DNA of 61,603 bases, the filler included, from Coriobacteriales bacterium (GTDB lineage Bacteria; Actinomycetota; Coriobacteriia; Coriobacteriales; UBA8131), in assembly GCA_031263105.1 (NCBI GenBank). It is 10 parts of 10 records of this genome, joined end to end, with 100 filler letters (N's around TTAATTAATTAA, not from the genome) between each part and the next. Parts side by side here need not be neighbours in the genome. Positions count along the whole stretch, not along the records: positions 52,614 to 56,366 come from JAISGJ010000021.1; positions 56,467 to 61,603 come from JAISGJ010000199.1; 8 more parts are not named here. One strand, 5' to 3'. The notes below the pieces were generated by a model, which searched no databases, was not told the origin of the DNA, and saw nothing but the letters and a program-made list of their open reading frames with translations. Shown here piece by piece: positions 53,005 through 61,603 of the stretch (its first letter is position 1; each line of letters begins with the position of its first letter). The translations under genes and the position numbers were made by a program.

Positions 53005-53292
53005 ATGCCCCCTATCATCAAGGCTTCAAGCGAGTTGCGAAAGAACTACAACACCATAGCCGAGATATGCAGGGCGAGCAGGTCGCCGGTGTTCCTTACC
53101 AGGAACGGCAAGGGCGACACGGTGATAATGGACATGGAGACCTACAATCGGCGCGAGGAGGACCTGGCGGTGGCCCAGCGGCTCGTCGATGCCGAGCGCG
53201 CCCGGCTCGCCGGTGTCTGCGACATCGACCTCGACTCCTTCGAGGGCCTGATGAGAGAGGCGATTGCGGAAGGCGCCCGCAATGCCGGCTGA
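53005..53292 (+). CDS. Phd/YefM antitoxin
   Basis: SSELRKNY..PVFLTRNGKGDTVIM. Confidence 0.88.
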   Translation: MPPIIKASSELRKNYNTIAEICRASRSPVFLTRNGKGDTVIMDMETYNRREEDLAVAQRLVDAERARLAGVCDIDLDSFEGLMREAIAEGARNAG

Positions 53293-53599
53293 GCGGCGCT
53301 ACTCCGTAACGGTCTCTCCTGCCGCAGGCGAGCGGATACATGAGCACTTCATGTTCCTCGCACGGGTGAGCGAGTCTGCGGCACTTCGTCTTCTCGATAC
53401 CCTGATGAAGGATCTGCGTTCTTTGGACAGGATGCCCGAGCGCAACCCTCGATTCGAGAGGGCGCACGTCCCCAGAGGAAGATATCGCTATCTGCTCTCA
53501 GCAAGGCGCTACCGAATCGTCTATCAGATAGCGGGGACGGACGTGCACATCGAGGACATACAGGACTGCCGCCAAAGCGATGACAAGAGCATCGTCTGA
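53282..53599 (+). CDS. RelE/ParE family toxin
   Basis: SLDRMPER, YRIVYQI, DCRQ; overlaps antitoxin. Confidence 0.82.
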   Translation: MPAERRYSVTVSPAAGERIHEHFMFLARVSESAALRLLDTLMKDLRSLDRMPERNPRFERAHVPRGRYRYLLSARRYRIVYQIAGTDVHIEDIQDCRQSDDKSIV

Positions 53600-53682
53600 G
53601 GCTGTTGTCACGTCTTACGTATCGTGCCTCTTTTTGCGGTTCATGCTACAATCGCACCTATCGGTAAGAAAGGAGGCCTCTC

Positions 53683-53916
53683 ATGTCCCCAGTGCAGGGC
53701 ACGGGCATCGTCTACACGGTCGAGGATTTGGGGGCGGCCGTCCGTAGGCGCAGAAAGAAGCTCGGCTACACCCAGGAGCAGGTGGCGGCCTTCAACCAGT
53801 GCAGCCCGCGGTTCATAGGCGAGCTCGAGCGCGGCAAGGGCGGCGCGGGCATCGAGCGCGTTATAACGATCGCCAACAGCCTGGGGCTCGACATCGCCGT
53901 CGTCGAACGGGGCTGA
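53683..53916 (+). CDS. hipB: HipB-like XRE antitoxin
   Basis: RRKKLGYTQEQVA..FIGELERGK. Confidence 0.85.
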   Translation: MSPVQGTGIVYTVEDLGAAVRRRRKKLGYTQEQVAAFNQCSPRFIGELERGKGGAGIERVITIANSLGLDIAVVERG

Positions 53917-53921
53917 GGGCC

Positions 53922-55229
53922 ATGGAGATCCTCGAGGTCCACCGCGAGGCCCTTGGCAGCTTCCATAAGGCCGGGGCGCTCTCGCTCGTCGACGGCGATC
54001 CCTGGTTCTCGTATGACCGCGCGTTCCTTGCAAGCACAGATGCCCGACCGCTTTCCTTCTCGCTTCCCCTACGGCAAGAGGCCTTCTCGAGCGAGGAGTT
54101 CCAAGGGTTCTTTGCGGGCATGGCCCCCGAGGGGCGCGTGAGGACAGAGCTCGCGCGCATGCTGCATATAGCCCCATCCGACTATCTCGGCCTGCTGCGG
54201 CACCTCAACAACGAGTGCATCGGTGCGCTGCTGTTCAGGGTGCCCGGCACGGAGGAGACGGCACGGCCGGGCTACCAGAAGATCGGCCACGACGATCTGC
54301 TCGGCCTCTCCGAGGCACCGCTCAGAACCTCGGCCATGCTGGCACAGAAGGGGCGCTTCTCGCTGGCCGGGGCCCAGAGCAAGGTCGGCGTCTATATCGA
54401 AGGGGATCTTGGCCAAAAGGAAGACGACGGGCTGCTGGGGTGCTACCTCCCCCTTGGCACCGCGCCTTCGACGCATATCCTCAAAGTGCCCGACCGCGAT
54501 CTCGCCGAGCTGCCGCTCAACGAGCTGTTCTGCATGAGGCTGGCAAGGGTCTGCGGGCTCGATGCCGCCCAGGTCTCCCTGGTCAGGCTGGTAGGAGGGT
54601 CCCCGGCCTTGGCCATACGTCGCTTCGACCGCCCGATCGAGTCCGACGCCCCGAGAATCGACGGCCTGCCCCGTCCCCACCGGCTCCATCAGGAGGACTT
54701 CATCCAAGCGCTCGGGCTTCCCGAGTATCGCAAATACGAGATAGAGGAGACCGACGTCTACGCCCGTGTCGTCGCACGTCTCATCGAGCGGGCATCCTCG
54801 GACGTCATCCGCGACAAGCTCGCCTTCGCCAGGCAGGTGGTCTTCGACTACCTCGTCGGCAACTGCGACAACCATCTGAAGAACTACTCCTTCCTGCTCT
54901 CGCCGGACTGGCGCACAAGGCGGCTTGCCCCTGCCTACGACATCGTCTGCACCACGGTTCTGGGGTATTCGAGGGACATGGGGATATCCATAGGAGGCAC
55001 GCGGAACATCGACGCAGTGACAGCGGGCGACTGGAGGCTGTTCGCGCAGGGCCTTCGCATGCCCGAGTCGCAGCTGTCCGGCCTCATCGCCGACGTGACG
55101 TCAGCCTTCGAGCAGGGTTGCGGGCGGGTCGTCCGGGATCTCGCCCGTTACCCGGAGGCAGGGGTCCTCGACAGGATACTCGACGACTCCGCCAGGCGGC
55201 TCAAGCGCCTCAAGTCAGTACGTTTTTAG
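53922..55229 (+). CDS. hipA: HipA family kinase toxin
   Basis: LSFSLP, PEG, SLAGAQSK, RFDR, GNCDNHLKNYS, LAPAYD. Confidence 0.92.
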   Translation: MEILEVHREALGSFHKAGALSLVDGDPWFSYDRAFLASTDARPLSFSLPLRQEAFSSEEFQGFFAGMAPEGRVRTELARMLHIAPSDYLGLLRHLNNECIGALLFRVPGTEETARPGYQKIGHDDLLGLSEAPLRTSAMLAQKGRFSLAGAQSKVGVYIEGDLGQKEDDGLLGCYLPLGTAPSTHILKVPDRDLAELPLNELFCMRLARVCGLDAAQVSLVRLVGGSPALAIRRFDRPIESDAPRIDGLPRPHRLHQEDFIQALGLPEYRKYEIEETDVYARVVARLIERASSDVIRDKLAFARQVVFDYLVGNCDNHLKNYSFLLSPDWRTRRLAPAYDIVCTTVLGYSRDMGISIGGTRNIDAVTAGDWRLFAQGLRMPESQLSGLIADVTSAFEQGCGRVVRDLARYPEAGVLDRILDDSARRLKRLKSVRF

Positions 55230-55294
55230 CACTAAGGACGTATCCACGAGCGGCAGGCCACCTGTTCTTCGCCCGTCTTTTCTCGAAGTATTGA

Positions 55295-55465
55295 GTTCAC
55301 ACCCTCACTGTCATTCCGAGCCCCGCCGAGGAATCCTTGGACACGCAGTGTCCAACGGCGGGCCAGGGGGCCCTCCGGCCTGCGGTCGACCGCTTGCGCG
55401 GCCGAGGATCCCTCGGCAGGCTCGGGATGACAGTGGGGGCTCGGGATGACAGTGGGGTGTGAACA
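55295..55465. repeat. MITE copy abutting the IS110 end
   Basis: Standard core; right end stops at GTGTGAACA. Confidence 0.85.
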
Positions 55466-56088
55466 CATATGACCCTCGCCCCTGTCAAGAGGCAAAGTTG
55501 GGCCGGCCCCCTGACCCGTCGGACAAGGGGGTCGGCCCGTATACCCGTTCCCTGCCTTCGGAGTCCAAGGTCGTGCCTGTCGCAGGCGCCCGTCCGGCAC
55601 TCACATATCCGTGGATACGGCCCTGCCGCCCACACTGCAATGCTTCGGCTGGGGCCCTTCGCTTCAAATGCTAAGTCAGAAATCGTGCATGCCGCAGTAT
55701 CCGGCGCACATGCTCACATCGCGAGTTCCCCAACACGACGACGTCATAGTCGTAGGAGAGAGAGGCAGACGGCATCCGGCGCACATGCTCACATCGCGAG
55801 TTCCCCAACGGCTTGAAGTGCCGAAAGCATAAGAACCGATAGCTATGAGATGCTCGTGCCCATGTGCCTCACGCCGCCGCCGTCCTGGCCGACTGCTCCT
55901 CTTTGACCAGCAGCCCTGTCGCCCAGACCCAGCGCACCATCTCGCTGGCAACTGCGACCTTGGCGACATTGACGGGCTTCCTCTCCTCTTCTGTCAGGTG
56001 CCTGAACCTGTCTGTCAGGCGCCGGTTGCACCTGTTGCACTCGGCTATGACGCTCCGGGGCATCAGGCCTCAAGGGCATGTCCCACTG
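55466..56088 (-). mobile_element. IS110-family remnant: transposase C-terminus plus ~400-nt non-coding right end
   Basis: RRLTDRFRHL..KPVNVAKVAVASEMVRWVWA at 55869-56063; end CTTGACAGGGGCGAGGGTCATATG with outward TTGACA. Confidence 0.7.
55699..55809. repeat. Two identical 36-bp direct repeats with a 39-bp spacer
   Basis: ATCCGGCGCACATGCTCACATCGCGAGTTCCCCAAC at 55699-55734 and 55774-55809. Confidence 0.9.
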
Positions 56089-56322
56089 GTTACTGTACAC
56101 ACCTCCACTGTCACCCCGAGCCCCCACGGTCACCCCGAGCCCCCACCGTCACCCCGGTCCCCCACTGTCGCCCGAGCCCCACTGTCTCCCGAGCCCCCCA
56201 CCGTCACCCCGGGCCCCCACTGTCTCCCGAGCCCCCACCGTCACCCCGGGCCCCCACTGTCTCCCGAGCCCCACTGTCTCCCGAGCCCCACTGTCATTCC
56301 GAGCCCCGCCGAGGAATCTTTG
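56089..56322. repeat. MITE with expanded degenerate tandem array
   Basis: GTTACTGTACACAC then about 11 CCCACYGTCWCCCGRG units. Confidence 0.85.
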
Positions 56323-56467
56323 GGTCCGAGCGCCCGGAAAACGCACCGCGTTTTCAGCAAGGACGGNNNNNNNNNNNNNNNNNNNNNNNNNNNNNNNNNN
56401 NNNNNNNNNNTTAATTAATTAANNNNNNNNNNNNNNNNNNNNNNNNNNNNNNNNNNNNNNNNNNNNC

Positions 56468-56587
56468 GAGGCCGCCGACCTCCTCTACCACCTCATGATC
56501 CTCCTGGGCCGCACCGGCGTGACCCCCGCCGAACTCGCCGGCGAGCTCGACGCCCGCATGGTCTGGCACGCCCCACAGCTCCGCTAG
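56468..56587 (+). CDS. hisE: 3' end of phosphoribosyl-ATP pyrophosphatase
   Basis: EAADLLYHLMILL..ELDAR. Confidence 0.75.
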   Translation, partial: EAADLLYHLMILLGRTGVTPAELAGELDARMVWHAPQLR

Positions 56588-56944
56588 GGAAGCGCCGATG
56601 TTCGGTCGTTGGCCGTCAGGTGGTGCGTATGCAGTTACTCAAGCCACACCGGTTCGCCTGTGATGCTGTCACGGGCCCGAGGGTAACCCACGTGATCGCC
56701 CAAGCCGCCTACGGTACAGTCGCACCGCTTCACATTGGGGGCCCATTTCTGCGTGCCCGAGCCGGTGAGAGGACACTCACAGTAGTTGCTTCCCTCGCCT
56801 GCGGAACCTTCGCCGTAGAACACCATCCCGCATAAATGACGGATTCGGGAAAGTGTAGATTGACGCGGTGTCACAGAGCGGGGTAACCTTCTGGCAACGT
56901 ACAGGTAACGCATCGTCTAAGTCCCTCAGCTGGAAGGAGGCAGC

Positions 56945-57223
56945 ATGGAGTATCAGGACGGCACGTATACGGGCATCGCCCAGGGGATGTCGAGCATCAT
57001 CCGCGTCACGTTGTCCATCGCCGACGGAACCGTCACGACCGAGGAGATCTGGCAGGACTGCGAGACCCAGAGCGTCGGCGGCTACGAGGCCATCAAGGAC
57101 GGCGTCTATGCCGCGATGATAGATGCGGCGCAGGGGCCGGACATCGACACGGTCTCCGGCGCGACCATCACCACGGCCGCCGTCAAGTCCGCCGTGGCGC
57201 GGGCCCTCGAACAGGCCGGATAG
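56945..57223 (+). CDS. FMN-binding (flavinylated) domain protein
   Basis: DGTYTG..G, DTVSGATITT flavinylation motif. Confidence 0.9.
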   Translation: MEYQDGTYTGIAQGMSSIIRVTLSIADGTVTTEEIWQDCETQSVGGYEAIKDGVYAAMIDAAQGPDIDTVSGATITTAAVKSAVARALEQAG

Positions 57224-57312
57224 ACCCACCGGTCAATCCCGCCGGACAGTCCCACCGAACAGCCCGAGCCACCTACTGAGGGCCCCTGTGGCCCATCGAG
57301 AAAGGAGTTCCC

Positions 57313-59367
57313 ATGGTCGGCTCCACCAGCACCCCGCCCCACGTCCCGCATGCCCCCGAGCAGGACGCCCCGGAACACCCCTTGCAGGAAGCCGCAGGGC
57401 ATACGACCCCCGCGCCTCTCGCAGGCCACGCCGACGCGGCGTTCGCACGCTGCACCCGCCGCGACTTCCTCTCCGGCATGTTCGCTGCAGGGACGGCCGT
57501 CGCCGCCCTCTCGACCCTTCCGGGCCTTGCGTTCGCCGATGACGCCCTCCCTGCCGCCGGGGCAGCCGAGGCCTTCGAGGGCGGGCAGGCCCCGCCCGTC
57601 TCCGTCGGGCCCATGTCCGCCGCTGGTGGCACCCCCGCTGCCGACGCTCCCGCAGACCCCGGTGTGGGCAGCTGGGCGCGCGACGGCCGTTACGACGTCG
57701 CCATCCCTGCGAGCAGCACGAACAACGCCTCGGCCCTGGGCGGCATGGCGCGCGAGCTGAACGGCAGCTGCTTCCCTGCCGACGATGCGACGCCCATCCC
57801 GCCGCTGGAGGTTCCCGCGAAGTGGGACAAGGAATGCGAGATATGCGTCATCGGTGCCGGCGGCGGCGGGCTGAACGCCGCGTCCCGCGCCGCCGAGATG
57901 GGCGCGGCCACCGTCTGCGTCGAGGCCATGTCGCTGTGGGGCGGCAACGCCCAGAGCGCGGGCATGTGCGGGATATTCGGCGGCATGAAGATGCAGGACG
58001 AGCGGCGCTTCGGCTTTCCCAAGTGGCCGTTCGACCCCAAGGACCTCACGGACTACGCCTTGGAGCAGTACCATTACGCGATGGATCCCGACCTCCTCTA
58101 CCTGATCGCCGACCAAGGGCACAAGGCGCTGGACTGGATGGCGGACTGCGGCGTCGAATGGCGCCTCGGCGCGGTGCCCGTCTACGTGGCGCCCAAGAAC
58201 TCGACGCTCGACCACCACGTCCTCAAGATGAGGGACGCCACCGACGCGATGTTCGAGTTCGCCAGCGCCAAGGGCTGCGAGTTCGTCTTCAGCGCGCCTG
58301 CCCGCGCCCTCGTGCAGGATGCGGACGGCCGCATCGTCGGCGTGAGGTGCGACACCATCGACGGCCCCCTCTACATCCACGCGACGAAGGCCGTCATCAT
58401 GACGGCGGGCGGCTTCTGCAACAACAAGGCCCTGCTCGAGAAGTACTGCCCCACCGCCGCCATGGCCTGTGCGTCGAACTACCTGATCGGCGAGGAGAAG
58501 GGCGAGTGCATGCGCATGGGCCTGGGGGTCGGCGCGGACGTCTCGGGCTTCAACTCCAGCGCCTCCTTCGACGGCGGCGTCGACTGGCAGGCGGAGGGCG
58601 CGATGTGGGGGCGCTTCCTCTACGACGGCATGACGCAGCTCTCCCGCCAGCCCTGGCTGACCATCGACCGCTCGGGCCAGCGCGTCCGTTACCTCGACTC
58701 GAACGTCGCCAAGGACGGCCCGAACGCCATCTATGCCCTGGGCGACCTGGCGACCTTGCAGATGGCGCGCCCGGGGCACCGCTCCTACGTCATCTTCGAC
58801 AGCACCTACGAGGAGCATGTGGAGGGCTTCGACCAGGAGCACTGCCGCATGCTGATCGAGCCCGGCATGGAGCAGGAGGACAAGATACCCGAGCACTTCC
58901 GCAACTGGCGCAACGGCGTCGACGACGCGCTCGCCGCCGACGTCCTGAAGCGCCGCGACAGCCTGGAGGCGCTCGAGCGCGACCTGGGCCTCGCCGAAGG
59001 CGTCCTCACCGAGGCCGTCGCGCACTGGAACGAGAACTGCGAGAAGGGCGCCGACGACTACCTGTACCCGCTTCCCTCCGAGTGGCTGCACCCCATCGCC
59101 ACGCCGCCCTTCTACGGCTGCCGTGTCGGCGGCAACCTCTACGGCACCAAGGCGGGCCTGATGGTGAACACGAAGATGCAGGTCCTCGACACCAAGGGGC
59201 TTCCCATCCCCGGCCTGTACGCAGGCTGGCACACGGCAGGCGGCGCCTGCGGGGAGAACAGCTACATCGGCCAGCCCGTCCTGGGCTCCATCATGGGCGA
59301 CGTCGGCCTGGCGTTCTGCGGCGGCTACCTCGCCGGTGGCTCGGCCGTCGAGTGCGAGATCGGATGA
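57313..59367 (+). CDS. Tat-exported FAD-dependent oxidoreductase (flavocytochrome c/FrdA-like)
   Basis: TRRDFL, VIGAGGGG, TAGGF, PIPGLYAG. Confidence 0.88.
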   Translation: MVGSTSTPPHVPHAPEQDAPEHPLQEAAGHTTPAPLAGHADAAFARCTRRDFLSGMFAAGTAVAALSTLPGLAFADDALPAAGAAEAFEGGQAPPVSVGPMSAAGGTPAADAPADPGVGSWARDGRYDVAIPASSTNNASALGGMARELNGSCFPADDATPIPPLEVPAKWDKECEICVIGAGGGGLNAASRAAEMGAATVCVEAMSLWGGNAQSAGMCGIFGGMKMQDERRFGFPKWPFDPKDLTDYALEQYHYAMDPDLLYLIADQGHKALDWMADCGVEWRLGAVPVYVAPKNSTLDHHVLKMRDATDAMFEFASAKGCEFVFSAPARALVQDADGRIVGVRCDTIDGPLYIHATKAVIMTAGGFCNNKALLEKYCPTAAMACASNYLIGEEKGECMRMGLGVGADVSGFNSSASFDGGVDWQAEGAMWGRFLYDGMTQLSRQPWLTIDRSGQRVRYLDSNVAKDGPNAIYALGDLATLQMARPGHRSYVIFDSTYEEHVEGFDQEHCRMLIEPGMEQEDKIPEHFRNWRNGVDDALAADVLKRRDSLEALERDLGLAEGVLTEAVAHWNENCEKGADDYLYPLPSEWLHPIATPPFYGCRVGGNLYGTKAGLMVNTKMQVLDTKGLPIPGLYAGWHTAGGACGENSYIGQPVLGSIMGDVGLAFCGGYLAGGSAVECEIG

Positions 59368-60224
59368 GCAGCCCCAGGGCAGAGACAAGGAGGTTCAAGG
59401 CCATGTCACCGTTCAAATCCAGCTTGAGGGGGAGCGTCCTTCCCACGGTCACCATCTTCGCCTGCGCCCTCGTCATGGTGCTGTGCAGCCGCGTGGCGCT
59501 GGGGCTCCTGGAGGCACGCGGCGCCCTGTCATACGTCTACGCGACCTCCGGCTCCGGCTCCATCCTGGAGCAGATGTGCGAGATATTCACCGGCACGTCC
59601 GTCGTCGCCCTCGTCGCCATAGGCGGCATCGTCGGCGGGATGATAGCGGCCCTGTTCGGCTCTGCGGGCTGGCGCTTCGCGCAGGGCATCGCGCAGGACC
59701 AGGCCCCAGGCGCGGCCCCGTCCGACAAGGCGTCCGCTGGCGGCGCGCGCGGCGCGCTCATGCCGCAGTTCGCCGTGTTCGCCCTCTGGATGCTGGTCGC
59801 CACCCTCGTCATCGTCGCCGTGTTCGCCCTCGTCTTCCTCGGCACCGTCTCCGACGTCCAGCTCGCCTCCGTCACCGGCAAGCTGGGCGACGCAGGCTCC
59901 TCGGGGTCGTCCCTCATGCTGCCGCTCGTGCTGCTCATGCTCTGGACCCTCCTTTCGATGGGAGGGGCCGTCGTGTTCGCCGCCGTCAGCGCCGCACGTC
60001 GTGCGCGGCGCGGGCCGTTTGCACGGGCGGTCTTCCTGGTCGCGGCGACCGCCCTTGTCGGCATCCTCCTCCTCCTTCTCTCCGTCGCCCTGTTCGCACG
60101 CTTCAACGTCGCCGACATCGACTATGCGGCGCTCAACGCTTGGCTCGGCGCCAGCATTGCGGCGAACCTGGCCGTCACGGCAGGGGCGCTCGGCCTGAGC
60201 CGCTTCCTCCTCGGGAGAGGATGA
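59364..60224 (+). CDS. Multi-pass membrane protein
   Basis: About six hydrophobic helices; ATGA overlap with upstream gene. Confidence 0.75.
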   Translation: MSSPRAETRRFKAMSPFKSSLRGSVLPTVTIFACALVMVLCSRVALGLLEARGALSYVYATSGSGSILEQMCEIFTGTSVVALVAIGGIVGGMIAALFGSAGWRFAQGIAQDQAPGAAPSDKASAGGARGALMPQFAVFALWMLVATLVIVAVFALVFLGTVSDVQLASVTGKLGDAGSSGSSLMLPLVLLMLWTLLSMGGAVVFAAVSAARRARRGPFARAVFLVAATALVGILLLLLSVALFARFNVADIDYAALNAWLGASIAANLAVTAGALGLSRFLLGRG

Positions 60225-60232
60225 GGCGCCCC

Positions 60233-60925
60233 ATGGCAGCAAGGAAGACCGACGCCCCGAAGAAGGCCGACGGCCCCAAGGAGAAGGCGGTCGGCCATCG
60301 TCTCCCAAGGGCAGGTGCCCGCCGCGAGGAGATCGTCGCCGCTGCACGCGAGCTGTACGAGACCAAGGGGCTGAGCCATACGACCGTCAAGGACATCACC
60401 GACCGCGTCGGGGTGACCCGGTCGCTGTTCTACCGCTACTTCCAGGACAAGGACGAGATCACCTCTCAGGTGCTCGACGCCTACGTCGACGAGTTCATCG
60501 AGGGTTTGCAGTACTGGAACGCGCAGCGGGAGTTCGGCAACGTGGAGAAGGCCCTGGAGGACATCCTGCGCTTCTTCCGAGGTGCCATCCTCAAGGGAGA
60601 CTCCTTCCGTCGCAGCCTGGCAAGTTACGAGAACACCGCCCTGTACCTGCGGTTCACGAACCGTGTGGCCGACCGCATCGCCTGCTATATCGTCAACTCG
60701 ACCGTCAAGGAGTACGCCTTGTACCACAGGGTCGAGATAGAGCACGTCTACGAGACCTTCTACATGCTGATCGTCGGGCTCATAGCGCTGATCCGCACCC
60801 ATCCCGACATCAGCGACAAGACCCTGAAGGACATCGCCGCCCAGACCCTGCACCTGGACCTCGGCAGTCCGGTGCCGGAAGGGAAAGCCCGCCGAAGAGA
60901 AAGGAAGAACGATGTTTTTGTATGA
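60233..60925 (+). CDS. TetR family regulator
   Basis: RREEIVAAARELY..TTVKDI..GVTRSLFYRYF. Confidence 0.9.
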   Translation: MAARKTDAPKKADGPKEKAVGHRLPRAGARREEIVAAARELYETKGLSHTTVKDITDRVGVTRSLFYRYFQDKDEITSQVLDAYVDEFIEGLQYWNAQREFGNVEKALEDILRFFRGAILKGDSFRRSLASYENTALYLRFTNRVADRIACYIVNSTVKEYALYHRVEIEHVYETFYMLIVGLIALIRTHPDISDKTLKDIAAQTLHLDLGSPVPEGKARRRERKNDVFV

Positions 60926-61603
60926 GCCGCTCTCACTTGAGCAGGGGATAATGGGGCTTGTCGTCCTGTTCGCTCTCATCGGCGCGAACGAGATCAGCCG
61001 TCTGAACAAATGGACGGGCCTGGCCTTCTTCATCGCGCTGCCCGTCGTCCTGACCGTCTTCGTCTGGCCGCATACCGCCACGGTGGAGGGCAGCTCGGTC
61101 AACGACTGGTTCCATTACGCGAAGGTCTACTCCGCACTCGCCGGCTGCGTCGGCTTCATGGCCATCCGCTACATCCCGCGCCTGCAGAAGAACAAGCTGG
61201 CGCTGGCCTTTCCGCCGCTCATCCTCTCGATCAACATCCTCGAAGCGGTGATCCGCGACATCCAGGTCTACAGCTTCGGCGCGACCGGCCAGGTCATCGA
61301 CGGCATGGCGATGGTCTCCGGCCCCTGGAACCTGATGAACGCGGCCGCCGGCATCCTCAACATCCTCACGATCACGGGCTGGTTCGCGATCAAGGCCTCC
61401 AAGCTGGGCGCCTCGAAGGACATGCTCTGGGTCGACCAGATCTGGCCGTGGATAATCGCCTACGACCTCTGGAACTTCGCCTATACCTACAACTGCATCG
61501 GTGACCACAGCTTCTACGCCGGTGTCATGCTGCTCGCGAGCTGCACGCTCGCCGCCTTCTTCCTGAAAAAAGGCGCCTGGCTCCAGCACCGCGCCCACAC
61601 GCT
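60912..61603 (+). CDS. Membrane protein (DUF5692-like), partial
   Basis: WFHYAKVYSALAG, INILEAV, WIIAYDLWNFAY, WLQHRAHT. Confidence 0.75.
   Translation, partial: MFLYEPLSLEQGIMGLVVLFALIGANEISRLNKWTGLAFFIALPVVLTVFVWPHTATVEGSSVNDWFHYAKVYSALAGCVGFMAIRYIPRLQKNKLALAFPPLILSINILEAVIRDIQVYSFGATGQVIDGMAMVSGPWNLMNAAAGILNILTITGWFAIKASKLGASKDMLWVDQIWPWIIAYDLWNFAYTYNCIGDHSFYAGVMLLASCTLAAFFLKKGAWLQHRAHT

Noticed and set aside
55699..55809. Bona fide CRISPR array
   Set aside because: Only two repeats, no cas genes or leader; lies within an IS110 end
56635..56913. 92-aa Cys-containing minus-strand ORF
   Set aside because: No RBS or motif; overlaps the likely promoter of the FMN-binding gene
57106..59388. 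Long antisense ORFs (also 7695..9419, 25672..27387)
   Set aside because: Shadow frames of high-GC genes with no motifs

Overview
High-GC bacterial DNA, most consistent with Coriobacteriia (Eggerthellaceae-like; inferred from gene content). The window is ten contigs joined by artificial N-TTAATTAATTAA-N linkers, so adjacency across linkers is not real. Core content: aminotransferase-serA; tRNA(Tyr,Thr,Met)-tuf-rpmG-tRNA(Trp)-secE-nusG-rplK-rplA; an iron-siderophore ABC operon; rnj; mtaD-mnmA; fumarase-tmk-holB-ricT-pncB. Accessory content: three AAA-ATPase/nuclease paralogues, six TA-like modules (two decayed), a molybdoenzyme, a Tat flavoprotein locus, a tRNA-Val integrated element, IS5 and IS110 remnants and about 15 copies of a palindromic MITE. 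Best leads: (1) a headless molybdoenzyme gene whose missing promoter and Tat leader could be supplied in frame by inverting a 2.9-kb segment bounded by an inverted repeat; (2) a 139-bp TIR-less element inserted twice into Shine-Dalgarno sequences with site-specific 6-bp duplications; (3) an IS110 3' non-coding end carrying a 36/39/36 repeat-spacer-repeat; (4) a replication protein with two different primase-polymerase domains in tandem. All family calls come from motif recognition, not database searches.
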